Shown piece by piece: positions 55,751 to 64,000 of a stretch of DNA of 64,000 nucleotides. The DNA is taken from sequence record NC_091964.1. One strand, written 5' to 3'. The translations under genes were made by a program, and so were the position numbers. The notes below the pieces were generated by a model. It was not told the origin of the DNA, made no database searches, and worked only from the letters and a program-made list of their open reading frames with translations. Numbering within the stretch: position 1 is the stretch's first letter; each line of letters starts with the position of its first letter.

Positions 55751-57754
55751 ATGCAAAAAGTGTATGCGCGCGAACTACTCCACTGGTCATTCGATGAGCT
55801 CTGGGAGAAAGAGGAAGACTACGAACCTTTTATCCTGGAGTTCGATGATGAACAGATCGAAACCACATGGCAACAGACAATGGTGTCTTGGATGTATTGG
55901 CGATTCCATATCGAATATCCCGATACGCCGTTGCTCTGCCATATGCACGTGATGGGCGAGTTCCTCTCGCCTACACTGCAATGTAAGTTGTTGGAACGTG
56001 GGAAAGCAGATGTGCGCTCTGTGTACCCTAATGTCGACGACGAAGATCTCAACTTAATCGCGTATCAAATCACCAACCAAAATCATAACTTTGCGGTAGG
56101 CGACTTAGAACCTTATGTTGGGACACTCGATGCTCTGGCTTTCCTCCAGGTGCATAAAGACGAACGGATCACTGAGATCCGTAACGAGATTATCGATAAC
56201 CCGTCTAAGCGAACAGTGAACAAGATTTACGGTCGCATTAAAGACATCTTGATGTACGATAAAGATTATCGGAATAACCCGATAACAATCTCGTTGAACC
56301 AGGGCACAATCAAAGTAGGCCAGTTACTCCAAATCATTGGCATGCGTGGTTACTGTTCTGAGATTAACCAAAAGATCTTCCGGAACATCATTCCGGTCGG
56401 GTTCATGCACGGGCTTAACCGCCCGTCCTTCTTCGGTATGGAATCACGTAGTGGTTCTACAGCAATGTTAAGTACCGATGACCCGGTTAAGATGACAGAG
56501 TACTATAACCGTGAGCTGCAACTGTTAAACTACGGGATTACAGAAATCGACTTCGAAGACTGTGGTTCCGATGAGACGATGCCGTGGACGGTTACTGACT
56601 CTGACCTGGATTCGCTGTTGGCTGGTAAGTACTACATGTACGATGGCGTCCCAGTAGAAATCCGTAAGAAAGATCGTCATCTTATCGGGAAGACGATCGA
56701 GCTTCGCACACCGGCGTACTGTCATCACCCTGACGATGCTGTCGTTTGTAAGTATTGTTTAGGTGAAGTAGCCGAGTCGTTCCAGCGTGATGGTAACGTG
56801 CAGTACCAAGCAACGGTACAGCAGAACGAAACTGTATCGCAGAGTACGATCTCGGTTAAGCACTTGTTGATGTCGGCGGAATCTGATTCTTATACAATCG
56901 ATCCGTTCTACACCAACTTGTTCGATAACAGTTCGAACGATAAGGACATCTCGCTTGCGAGCGGTGTCTGGCTGAAGCACGGAGTAAAACTGATCTTCGA
57001 CCGCCGTGATATCATGCGACTGTCTGATGTGATTAGCACTGATGATTTTAGTCAGCACGACGTTTCGACGTTTGCGAAGATCCGTACGGTCACTCTTGTT
57101 TACCAGGATGACCACAAAAAGGATCCGGAAGTTCATTCCGTCCCCTTGAACCACGGTTCCTACATGCCGTTCCTGACGGCAGAATTCCTCGCCTACATCC
57201 GCGATTACGGTTACGATATCGTGGAAGGGAATATCGAGGTATCATTGGCTCACTGGCCTGAGGGCGAAGTTATCTTCCGTCTTCCTGAACGCCGCTCCAC
57301 TGTCCTGGAAGCAGCGATCATGTTGAAGAAGGAGATCTTTGCCATAGGCGATGAAGCTAAAGAAGCACGTGTGCGGTTGCGCATGAACCTACGTGACCCG
57401 ATGCTAATGGCGAAGGCAATCCGCGATATCGCAGAACTGACCAACGCCCGTTTCCATGTGTCGCTACCGATCATTGAATTGGTAATGTTGGCCATGATGG
57501 CTCGGGATCCAGAAAACGGTGACTTCCGTCTTCCGCGTAAAGGTACAGGCGCTCGCTTTGCTCCGCAACGTGCTATAATGAACGGCCGCTCTCTTGGCGG
57601 CAAGGCACCATATGAACGCCAGTATGAAATGGTAGTTAGTCCGGATTCGTACCTTAACGAAGACCGACCTGATCACCCGATGGATGAACTCCTGGTTCCC
57701 CTAGGAAGACGTTCGTCGAAATGGCGTCCTAGAGCTCCGATTGAAAAATCGTGA
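55751..57754 (+). CDS. Non-virion RNA polymerase beta-prime C-terminal subunit (phiKZ gp74-like)
   Basis: RTPAYC...VCKYCLG Zn site, QSTISVKH (trigger-loop region), GMRG. Confidence 0.88.
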   Translation: MQKVYARELLHWSFDELWEKEEDYEPFILEFDDEQIETTWQQTMVSWMYWRFHIEYPDTPLLCHMHVMGEFLSPTLQCKLLERGKADVRSVYPNVDDEDLNLIAYQITNQNHNFAVGDLEPYVGTLDALAFLQVHKDERITEIRNEIIDNPSKRTVNKIYGRIKDILMYDKDYRNNPITISLNQGTIKVGQLLQIIGMRGYCSEINQKIFRNIIPVGFMHGLNRPSFFGMESRSGSTAMLSTDDPVKMTEYYNRELQLLNYGITEIDFEDCGSDETMPWTVTDSDLDSLLAGKYYMYDGVPVEIRKKDRHLIGKTIELRTPAYCHHPDDAVVCKYCLGEVAESFQRDGNVQYQATVQQNETVSQSTISVKHLLMSAESDSYTIDPFYTNLFDNSSNDKDISLASGVWLKHGVKLIFDRRDIMRLSDVISTDDFSQHDVSTFAKIRTVTLVYQDDHKKDPEVHSVPLNHGSYMPFLTAEFLAYIRDYGYDIVEGNIEVSLAHWPEGEVIFRLPERRSTVLEAAIMLKKEIFAIGDEAKEARVRLRMNLRDPMLMAKAIRDIAELTNARFHVSLPIIELVMLAMMARDPENGDFRLPRKGTGARFAPQRAIMNGRSLGGKAPYERQYEMVVSPDSYLNEDRPDHPMDELLVPLGRRSSKWRPRAPIEKS

Positions 57755-57816
57755 ACTTATTGTGCCAAAGGCTCGCAGTAATGCGGGTCTAACAATAAGC
57801 TGAGAGAGGGCCTATC

Positions 57817-59343
57817 ATGTTACAGGGGACGATCCGAAAGTACTCTCACTACTTTTCGGTTAATGCTCATGAGGCCCGCTTACGAATCGCGATGCAAAGC
57901 TATCAGACTGAGTTTCTTATTGAAAAGCAGCTCACGAAGAAACGCGGACGCTTTCGAATGGAGAACAAGCGCTTCTGGTGGAGACGTAGTCTTCGCAATG
58001 GGGAGCGCGCGTTCAACATAAACGAGTTCGATGCTTTTATGGAGTTCATGCGCAAGTGGGGATTTACACCCGAAGACTTTAAGGTCGTTGAGGCGATAAT
58101 CCCCGAAGCTGATAAGGTAGATCTAAAGGTTGAAGGTTTCGAACCATGGGCTGAACAGGTCCCGCTGATAGATCATGCCAAGGGAGATCACCACCAGTAT
58201 GCGGTAACGCTACAACCTGGCGGTGGTAAGACCATTATCGCATTGTTCGTGGCTTCTATATTTGGTGTACGATTTGCCGTTGTCACCAAAGGCGGGTATG
58301 AAGGCCGATGGGTTCCAGCGTTGTACAATACACTGGGACTTAAGCCTGAGGAGGTCCGTTCCTGCTGTGGCGCGAAAGCTATCGTTAATTTGATAGGCGA
58401 GTGCAAGAAAAAAGGGATTGAGGCAGTGAAAGCTGTCTTCTTCTCGATTGGCGGGATACGAGACTACATCAAGAACTACGAGGCAGGGTTATACGAAGGT
58501 AAGATTTGCGAAGACGTTCCGCCAGAGAAGCTCTATGAGTTTCTGGGGATTGGGTTCAGGATAGTTGATGAGGCACACGAAGAAATTCATGCGCATTACA
58601 TTGCCGACCTGTACACCAACATCAAGCATAGCCTGTACCTTACAGGCACGCTGATTCCTCGAGATGAATTCATGGCGCGGCGTTACGAAACTTTCCTCCC
58701 CGAGAAGATACGTAAGTCAGAAGACAAGTTCAACGTCTACGTCAAAGCGGTTGAGGTGTTCTATTACCTCAATAACCCAGACGAAGCCCGGTACACCGGT
58801 TCCCAAGGTTCCTATAGTCACACTACTTACGAGCAGTGGATTATGAAGGACGAAGTGAGGCTCAAGAACTGGCTTAGTGGTGTGTATGACTACATCGTGT
58901 CAGTTTGGGCAGCTAACCGGGTCGAAGAAACGAAGATCATACTCTTTGCGGCAACGATCGAACTTGGGGGTAAGATGGCGGAGTATTTCGCCAGACGCAT
59001 GCCTGACCTCCGGGTTATCCAGTATAAAGCTGGTGACCCTTACGACTATTTGATTGATAACGACGTTATATTTGCTACTCTTGGCAAAGCTGGTACTGCG
59101 GTTGACATTCCCGATTTAGAGCAGGTTCATCTCACCACAGCTATTGACTCGGCGAATGCTTATGTTCAAGCCTTCGGGCGTCTGCGTGATTTAGTCAAGC
59201 GGTTCCCGAACATAACACCGGAGTTTCACTGGTATACGTGTTTATCGATCGATAAGCAAGTGGCCTACGGTAAGAGGAAAAGAGATGTCCTTAAACCGAG
59301 GGTACTTGGATTCCGTAGCGAGTATCTATCAAAGCGGGTCTAG
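57817..59343 (+). CDS. Superfamily 2 (DExH) helicase, phiKZ gp75-like
   Basis: LQPGGGKT, VDEAH, LTGT, GTAVDIP, QAFGRLR. Confidence 0.9.
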   Translation: MLQGTIRKYSHYFSVNAHEARLRIAMQSYQTEFLIEKQLTKKRGRFRMENKRFWWRRSLRNGERAFNINEFDAFMEFMRKWGFTPEDFKVVEAIIPEADKVDLKVEGFEPWAEQVPLIDHAKGDHHQYAVTLQPGGGKTIIALFVASIFGVRFAVVTKGGYEGRWVPALYNTLGLKPEEVRSCCGAKAIVNLIGECKKKGIEAVKAVFFSIGGIRDYIKNYEAGLYEGKICEDVPPEKLYEFLGIGFRIVDEAHEEIHAHYIADLYTNIKHSLYLTGTLIPRDEFMARRYETFLPEKIRKSEDKFNVYVKAVEVFYYLNNPDEARYTGSQGSYSHTTYEQWIMKDEVRLKNWLSGVYDYIVSVWAANRVEETKIILFAATIELGGKMAEYFARRMPDLRVIQYKAGDPYDYLIDNDVIFATLGKAGTAVDIPDLEQVHLTTAIDSANAYVQAFGRLRDLVKRFPNITPEFHWYTCLSIDKQVAYGKRKRDVLKPRVLGFRSEYLSKRV

Positions 59344-59420
59344 TATAGCTTGCGGTAATTGGGACCTTCGGGTCCCTTTTATTTTTTGTTACCTCATCTA
59401 CTAATAAGGAAAAGAAAGAA

Positions 59421-59759
59421 ATGAAACGGTTCGAAGTATCAGTGCGCTCAAATATTGACTTCATCACTCTCGAAGGTTCAACTGTACGATTGACCAATGT
59501 CGGGACTGAAATTATTGCGAAAGATCAGGAAGATCTCAATCGCCAGCTTAATGAGTTCCTGACAGAGCTTCGTCCTTTCCACGGGATGAGTTCTGGGCTT
59601 AGTCGTGAGGAGGCGGTCGAGATTGTCGCACGCCGGAATGACATTGTTAAAGAGCTCACTGGCTTTACTAATAAATGTTATAACCTCTGGACTGCATCAG
59701 CAGTGGCTTTTAAATTCCATCGTTGGGAACTAAGTTTTTCCTTTAGGGGAGATTTGTAA
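59421..59759 (+). CDS. Hypothetical protein (112 aa)
   Basis: SD AAGGA with A-rich spacer. Confidence 0.55.
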   Translation: MKRFEVSVRSNIDFITLEGSTVRLTNVGTEIIAKDQEDLNRQLNEFLTELRPFHGMSSGLSREEAVEIVARRNDIVKELTGFTNKCYNLWTASAVAFKFHRWELSFSFRGDL

Positions 59760-60238
59760 TGCAGAAAGATGAAAATGGTAACTACCATATTGTCGTATAT
59801 GATGGTAATCGTCCCGGTAATGAACATCAGTACTTGGACATTGCACAGGCTATCAATAAGTCATTCTCTCGCAAAGGTCAGTTGTTCTGCGAACTAGACA
59901 GGCCCGTGGTAGACACGAAAGATTTACTCGGTGCTATAGAACGTCTGCGCACTGTAGACGTTTCTCGTGTATGCGGGGTAATCACCGATGTTAAGTACGA
60001 CCATGAAGGTCAGTTGATTACGGCTGATTTTAAACCGAATGGCCCAATGGCAGAAGCGGCGAAGAGCTTGCTAGCACGGGGACAAGTAGAGCATCGGTCT
60101 TTTTCTATTCGCACTAATGATCCGACACCGCACCTTAATACGAGTCCGCGGTTTGGATATCGCGGTATAGGTACTCCGCGACCGGACGGTTCGGTTAAAC
60201 TTGACCACGTTGTTTGTTGGGACCTGATCTCGGAATGA
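59759..60238 (+). CDS. Prohead-protease-like paralogue, probably inactive (159 aa)
   Basis: CELDRP, RLRTVD.SRVCGVI, P.GP, SFSIRT, VVCWD align with T4 gp21/phiKZ gp175-type motifs but the GExxHP His is Arg. Confidence 0.5.
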   Translation: MQKDENGNYHIVVYDGNRPGNEHQYLDIAQAINKSFSRKGQLFCELDRPVVDTKDLLGAIERLRTVDVSRVCGVITDVKYDHEGQLITADFKPNGPMAEAAKSLLARGQVEHRSFSIRTNDPTPHLNTSPRFGYRGIGTPRPDGSVKLDHVVCWDLISE

Positions 60239-60447
60239 TCTACGAAGTGGAAGAAGGTAAAACATACCTCAGCCCCAGTAGTAAACCGTTTAAGGTTCTT
60301 CACATCGGTAAACATGGACAGAACTGCTCTTGCCCGATGATTGTTTATACTAACCTTGAGGAGACTGATCTCCCCCCTGGTCAGATATGGGTAATAGAAG
60401 AATCGCTTTTCCTTAAGTTATTCAGTGAACAGGAAGAAGGGCCGTAG
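60235..60447 (+). CDS. DUF1653-like small protein (70 aa)
   Basis: GKTY...FKVL.IGKH...MIVY.NL...IWV....F. Confidence 0.5.
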   Translation: MIYEVEEGKTYLSPSSKPFKVLHIGKHGQNCSCPMIVYTNLEETDLPPGQIWVIEESLFLKLFSEQEEGP

Positions 60448-60489
60448 CCCTTCTTTTTTTTTGTTTCGTGTATTTGACATCTAAATCAT

Positions 60490-60520
60490 TTTCAGATATA
60501 TATAACTATAGTGAATAGAA
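60490..60520 (+). promoter_or_regulatory. Early-type phage promoter, extended class
   Basis: TTTCAGATATATATAACTATAGTGAATAGAA. Confidence 0.75.
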
Positions 60521-60560
60521 TATCCTGTTCACTTAATCATTTTATCTAATGGAGTTTACC

Positions 60561-61187
60561 ATGTTCAAATTTATCAAAGAAGCTAAAGACCTGTCCGCTG
60601 CTAACGTAGATGCAGAAGTAATCAAACGCGCCCAGAAACGTTTTAACGGCGTAGATGCGATGGTATTCGGTTGGGTTGTACAATCAGTAGATAGCGGCAA
60701 GATCCTGTGGGCTGTAGCAGATGTAGGGTTCAGCAAAGATCTGGTTCGTCAGTTCGGTATGATCTGCATGAACGAAGGTAAGCCGCTGGTTTACGTTAAC
60801 ATGAAAGACCTGGCGTTCTACGTGCCGGAACTGGCTAACTCAATGATCAGCTGGGATACTACTTCAGTTTCCCTTGGCCTGAACAACGCGATTGTAGTAG
60901 GTACTGCCTACAGCACGATCGCAACAGTCTCCAAAGCAACCCGTCTCTTTAACGAAGGCCGGGCTCGCGAAGCAATGTCAATGAACCCACCGGTTACAAT
61001 CGTCTCTCCGAAAGAAGCTGGCAACGATGACTACATGACTCTGGTCAATAAAGCACGTCGTGAGAATGGCATGTTGGTAATCGGTAATGATGTACCGGAA
61101 GCACATGTCAAACAGATCAGCGATTATGCAGAATCTGTTCTGATGGTAGAAACAGTCCGTATGGTTGCTCTGCCTAAGGCGAGCTAA
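60561..61187 (+). CDS. Early protein, probably highly expressed (208 aa)
   Basis: Extended early promoter at 60490, SD GGAG, strong codon bias. Confidence 0.65.
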   Translation: MFKFIKEAKDLSAANVDAEVIKRAQKRFNGVDAMVFGWVVQSVDSGKILWAVADVGFSKDLVRQFGMICMNEGKPLVYVNMKDLAFYVPELANSMISWDTTSVSLGLNNAIVVGTAYSTIATVSKATRLFNEGRAREAMSMNPPVTIVSPKEAGNDDYMTLVNKARRENGMLVIGNDVPEAHVKQISDYAESVLMVETVRMVALPKAS

Positions 61188-61191
61188 TCAG

Positions 61192-61232
61192 ACAGCAAAA
61201 AGAAGGGCCCGAAGGCCCTTCTTTTTTTTTTG
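61192..61232. terminator. Bidirectional terminator, copy 2 of the identical 41-bp repeat
   Basis: Identical to 27697-27737. Confidence 0.85.
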
Positions 61233-61234
61233 GT

Positions 61235-61600
61235 TTAGCCTTTGATCTGACCTTGCCTAATAGCTGCCATGTCAGCGGCAACCGTATCCTTATCCGTAAT
61301 GATCTTTCCTTTAGCATTCTTCGTCGCGTCTTCCGCCGTCTTTCTTTCCTCGGCTTGACGCAATTCACAATACTTGATCATCCACTCGCAGTCCTCAGGT
61401 TCATACTTCATGAAAGTGTCGAAATCCATATGGAACCTGTCCCATACTCCAAAGCGTTCATAACGCTCAGCGTATAAGTATAGGATGCTGTGATACGCAT
61501 TTGTCTCTGCCTTGTGGGCTTCTATTAATGCGTACGGATGTTCCTTCTCGTATCTCTCATCGTATATCCCGTTATCTAAATCATAGGCGCGGCGTAACAT
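61235..61600 (-). CDS. Tail assembly chaperone T-like / T4 gp51-like domain; may be made as a -1 frameshift fusion
   Basis: FHMDFDTFMKYEPEDCEWMI resembles the EFxxMTPxE motif of GT-type domains; frame is open back to 61768. Confidence 0.5.
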   Translation of the reverse strand: MLRRAYDLDNGIYDERYEKEHPYALIEAHKAETNAYHSILYLYAERYERFGVWDRFHMDFDTFMKYEPEDCEWMIKYCELRQAEERKTAEDATKNAKGKIITDKDTVAADMAAIRQGQIKG

Positions 61601-61620
61601 CACCTGCGCCTGTAAGTTAG

Positions 61621-63435
61621 TTAGGACATGTCGAGACTGGAGTAGTCCATTTGCTCTTGGGCCTGGGCCATTGCTCCCAAATTCCCGACTCCGAACGTCG
61701 ACAGGTCGGTGAGAGGCATGCCCCCCGCTTGTGAGATCTTGCGTTGGGCTAGGATAAAAAAACCCGTATCAGGATCAAACGGCAGGATGAGCTTGTTCTT
61801 CAGGCGATCAGGAACGTTCTTGTGCTCGCAGGCTTTACACGGCGTGTTCGGATAACCGATGATGGTTGTACCGATTTCCACGAGGAACTCTTCAATCCCA
61901 CCGATAAGAGCATCGAGGATCTCAGGAGCCGTAGAAAGCGTTTTGAGGATAGTACGAATCTCATCCTCACCATCTACCGAGTAATAGTTCTCGGCGTCGT
62001 CTTCGTCGTTGTAGATACGAATTTCGCCAACGTAATGGCCCCAGCGACAGATCTGTTCGATAGAAGTGATAGACTGAATCACCTCATTACGCTTTTGATC
62101 ATCATCCGGGTTAGTTGCCATCGCAACGTCAACGGCCTGGTTAACTGTAGACAACCAAGCGCGGCCGATTTGCAGCTTCTGAGCAACAGTCGGAGAGCGG
62201 AAGATAAACTCACGGTTTTCAATACGAACAGAGTACTTACTGCTCTTCTTGAATTGCGCTTTGTAATCTGCAACGTCTTCCGCCGTCATCGGCGTGGAGA
62301 TACCACGGCTCAGATACTGCATTTGCTTATCGTTCAACTTACTGCGATCGATAAGGTGCATGCGGGCAGGGTTAGCACGGAACGTACTGACTTCGCCACA
62401 CGCCGGGTCGATACACGGAATAGAAACCATCACGCCTTTCGGGTAGATGACTTTGGCCAGTGCCCAGGACAGGGTCTTATGGTCTTCGTCATCGATGATT
62501 TCGCGCAGGTCCATCGGGTTACGGACAGGGAAGTTAGTTGCAGTAACCAACTTCAACGCAGCTTCGTTAATGATCTCACGGAAGATGAGGTCGTCAACAG
62601 AACCGGTCATGCCGTTAGTATCCAGGCCGACCTGCATACGAGCATATGCCAGACTACGATCCAGTTCGGCCAGGAAGCTTGCACCTGCCGGGCTTAACTT
62701 AACCCAGATGCCCGTGTTGGTCAACGGGACAGTTACCGGACTACCCATGGTCGTACCGTACATGAAGCGGTCGAGTGCATCGCCACCTTCAAGACGTTGG
62801 CCCGGACCAACTGCCAACTTTTTGCCGGACGGCAGCATAGCCAGCTTCTGCGGTTTACCGTTAGCATCGTTATACGGGAAAGCTTGTCCCCAGTCAGAAC
62901 CTTCGCGCTGAATACGACGCATCATGATATCGTCTTTCGGCGATACGCGAGCGGCCTGCTGACTGTTAACCATCCAGATGAAGTCACGCTCAGACTGAAT
63001 GTCTTTACTACCGGCCAGTACCGTCATGTTAGGATCAGTAGTAGGAGGCAAAGCGATATCAGCACCGTAAGGGGCATCTTCGTGCATGAACACCGGTTGC
63101 AGGTTACGGATGTTTTCCGGATTGACTTCGTAATCTTCGCAATCATCCCAGATAGACTTTTCCTGCGCGGGATCTTCCTCTGAGCCTTCCTCAGCCGCTG
63201 GAGGAGTTTGTTCCTCTACTACTGGCTGCGCTGATACAGGCTCGGGTTCCGGTTGCTTAACCTGAGTAGGCAATTCCAGCTCATCTACCGGAGCTTCATC
63301 CGCTAAGATATCTGCCGGAGGAGGAGTAGGGTTACTTTCAGGCAGTGTAGCTTCCGCCTGAGTAGCGATCGGTCCCGGCGGTTGAATTGGTTCAGGGATT
63401 GCCCCCAAACCGACTTCTTTATCTTGTTCAGACAT
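61621..63435 (-). CDS. Tail assembly chaperone G-like / T4 gp26-like protein with Pro/Glu-rich N-terminus (604 aa)
   Basis: IPC...C and CKAC, FIFRSPTV; slippery site 45 codons before the stop; SD AAGG. Confidence 0.5.
   Translation of the reverse strand: MSEQDKEVGLGAIPEPIQPPGPIATQAEATLPESNPTPPPADILADEAPVDELELPTQVKQPEPEPVSAQPVVEEQTPPAAEEGSEEDPAQEKSIWDDCEDYEVNPENIRNLQPVFMHEDAPYGADIALPPTTDPNMTVLAGSKDIQSERDFIWMVNSQQAARVSPKDDIMMRRIQREGSDWGQAFPYNDANGKPQKLAMLPSGKKLAVGPGQRLEGGDALDRFMYGTTMGSPVTVPLTNTGIWVKLSPAGASFLAELDRSLAYARMQVGLDTNGMTGSVDDLIFREIINEAALKLVTATNFPVRNPMDLREIIDDEDHKTLSWALAKVIYPKGVMVSIPCIDPACGEVSTFRANPARMHLIDRSKLNDKQMQYLSRGISTPMTAEDVADYKAQFKKSSKYSVRIENREFIFRSPTVAQKLQIGRAWLSTVNQAVDVAMATNPDDDQKRNEVIQSITSIEQICRWGHYVGEIRIYNDEDDAENYYSVDGEDEIRTILKTLSTAPEILDALIGGIEEFLVEIGTTIIGYPNTPCKACEHKNVPDRLKNKLILPFDPDTGFFILAQRKISQAGGMPLTDLSTFGVGNLGAMAQAQEQMDYSSLDMS
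61720..61765 (-). promoter_or_regulatory. Candidate -1 ribosomal frameshift signal: slippery G GGU UUU UUU plus downstream hairpin
   Basis: Minus strand 61765-61756 GGGTTTTTTT; 6-nt spacer; stem GCCC-AA-CGC / GCG-GG-GGGC (61749-61720). Confidence 0.55.
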
Positions 63436-63444
63436 CGTTTTACC

Positions 63445-63969
63445 TTAGTCTACTTTGGTTTCGAACTGAGGCTTAGCTTCCGCCAGCGCCTCGCGGGTTT
63501 CTTTAATCAGGCCGACATCGTTGCCTTTAACTTCGCCCAGTTTTTCCAGCACTTCAATAACCGGCATGAAGTTGTTCATGAAGTCCTGAGTGAAGGTGAT
63601 GTTCATGTGCTCGAAAGCAGACATCTCCGGCAGGTACTCCATTTCGCTACGCGGCGGGTTCTTCGCCAGCTCAGCGACGCGTGCAGAGAGTGCGTCGTAC
63701 TGAGCATTAACATCTTTCAGCGCAGCGATGGCCAGTTGCAGACCCGGCATTACATCAGGGTTTGTTTCCTGGTAACCCGGAATAGACTGCGTGACATCAA
63801 CGTACATACGGGCGAGTTTACGAACGTTGTTGCGGATCTCGTTAAATTGAACGAGCGCTTTAGCCAGGACGTTCAGGCCTGAGTTTTCTTTCTTCAAACG
63901 CTGGGCACGTTTCTGAGCACGTTGGTCAACGTTTTTCTGGTTCTTGCGCTTATTTTTAGAAACCGGCAT
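63445..63969 (-). CDS. Hypothetical protein with basic N-terminus and coiled-coil (174 aa)
   Basis: MPVSKNKRKNQKN...; SD GAGGA; co-oriented with the 604-aa gene. Confidence 0.6.
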   Translation of the reverse strand: MPVSKNKRKNQKNVDQRAQKRAQRLKKENSGLNVLAKALVQFNEIRNNVRKLARMYVDVTQSIPGYQETNPDVMPGLQLAIAALKDVNAQYDALSARVAELAKNPPRSEMEYLPEMSAFEHMNITFTQDFMNNFMPVIEVLEKLGEVKGNDVGLIKETREALAEAKPQFETKVD

Positions 63970-64000
63970 CTTAAGGATCCTCTTTAATGAAAATAGTAGG

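Noticed and set aside
28677-57754. PhuZ, chimallin, PicA-like factor and split RNAP as a novel system
   Set aside because: This is the already described phage-nucleus core of Chimalliviridae.
1-64000. tRNA genes, CRISPR arrays, group I/II introns, inteins, transposases
   Set aside because: None recognised by eye; terminase, polymerase, helicase and RNAP genes have ordinary lengths and contiguous motifs. tRNAscan/Infernal were not run.

Overview
The window is a 64-kb segment of a nucleus-forming jumbo phage (phiKZ-like, Chimalliviridae); codon usage of the highly expressed genes suggests a gammaproteobacterial, probably enterobacterial, host (inference). Gene order: endolysin; tail tube and sheath; three virion proteins; terminase large subunit; HD hydrolase; a 13-kb accessory early region (exported lytic transglycosylase, CYTH-like protein, triple zinc ribbon, many hypotheticals); PhuZ tubulin; a ~330-nt structured non-coding segment; a tandem array of ten small putative paralogues; B-family DNA polymerase; free-standing HNH endonuclease; chimallin; the non-virion RNA polymerase / nuclear-import block (beta-prime N, SbcD-like nuclease, ChmC-like, gp68-like, PicA-like, gp70-like, beta, beta-prime C); SF2 helicase; and a putative tail-assembly-chaperone pair. 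Ten copies of an early promoter motif (TATATATYA-N-GTGA type) and many intrinsic terminators are visible. I saw no tRNA, CRISPR array, intron or intein. The best leads are: (1) a candidate programmed -1 frameshift (G GGU UUU UUU plus a hairpin 6 nt downstream) that fuses the 604-aa ORF to the downstream ORF, lambda G/GT style; (2) the ten-gene paralogue array between phuZ and the polymerase; (3) the structured non-coding segment at 30124-30450; (4) Arg/Asp mixed-charge low-complexity tracts shared by shell-associated proteins; (5) a prohead-protease paralogue lacking the motif histidine. Family calls come from motifs and remembered synteny with phiKZ, not from database searches.
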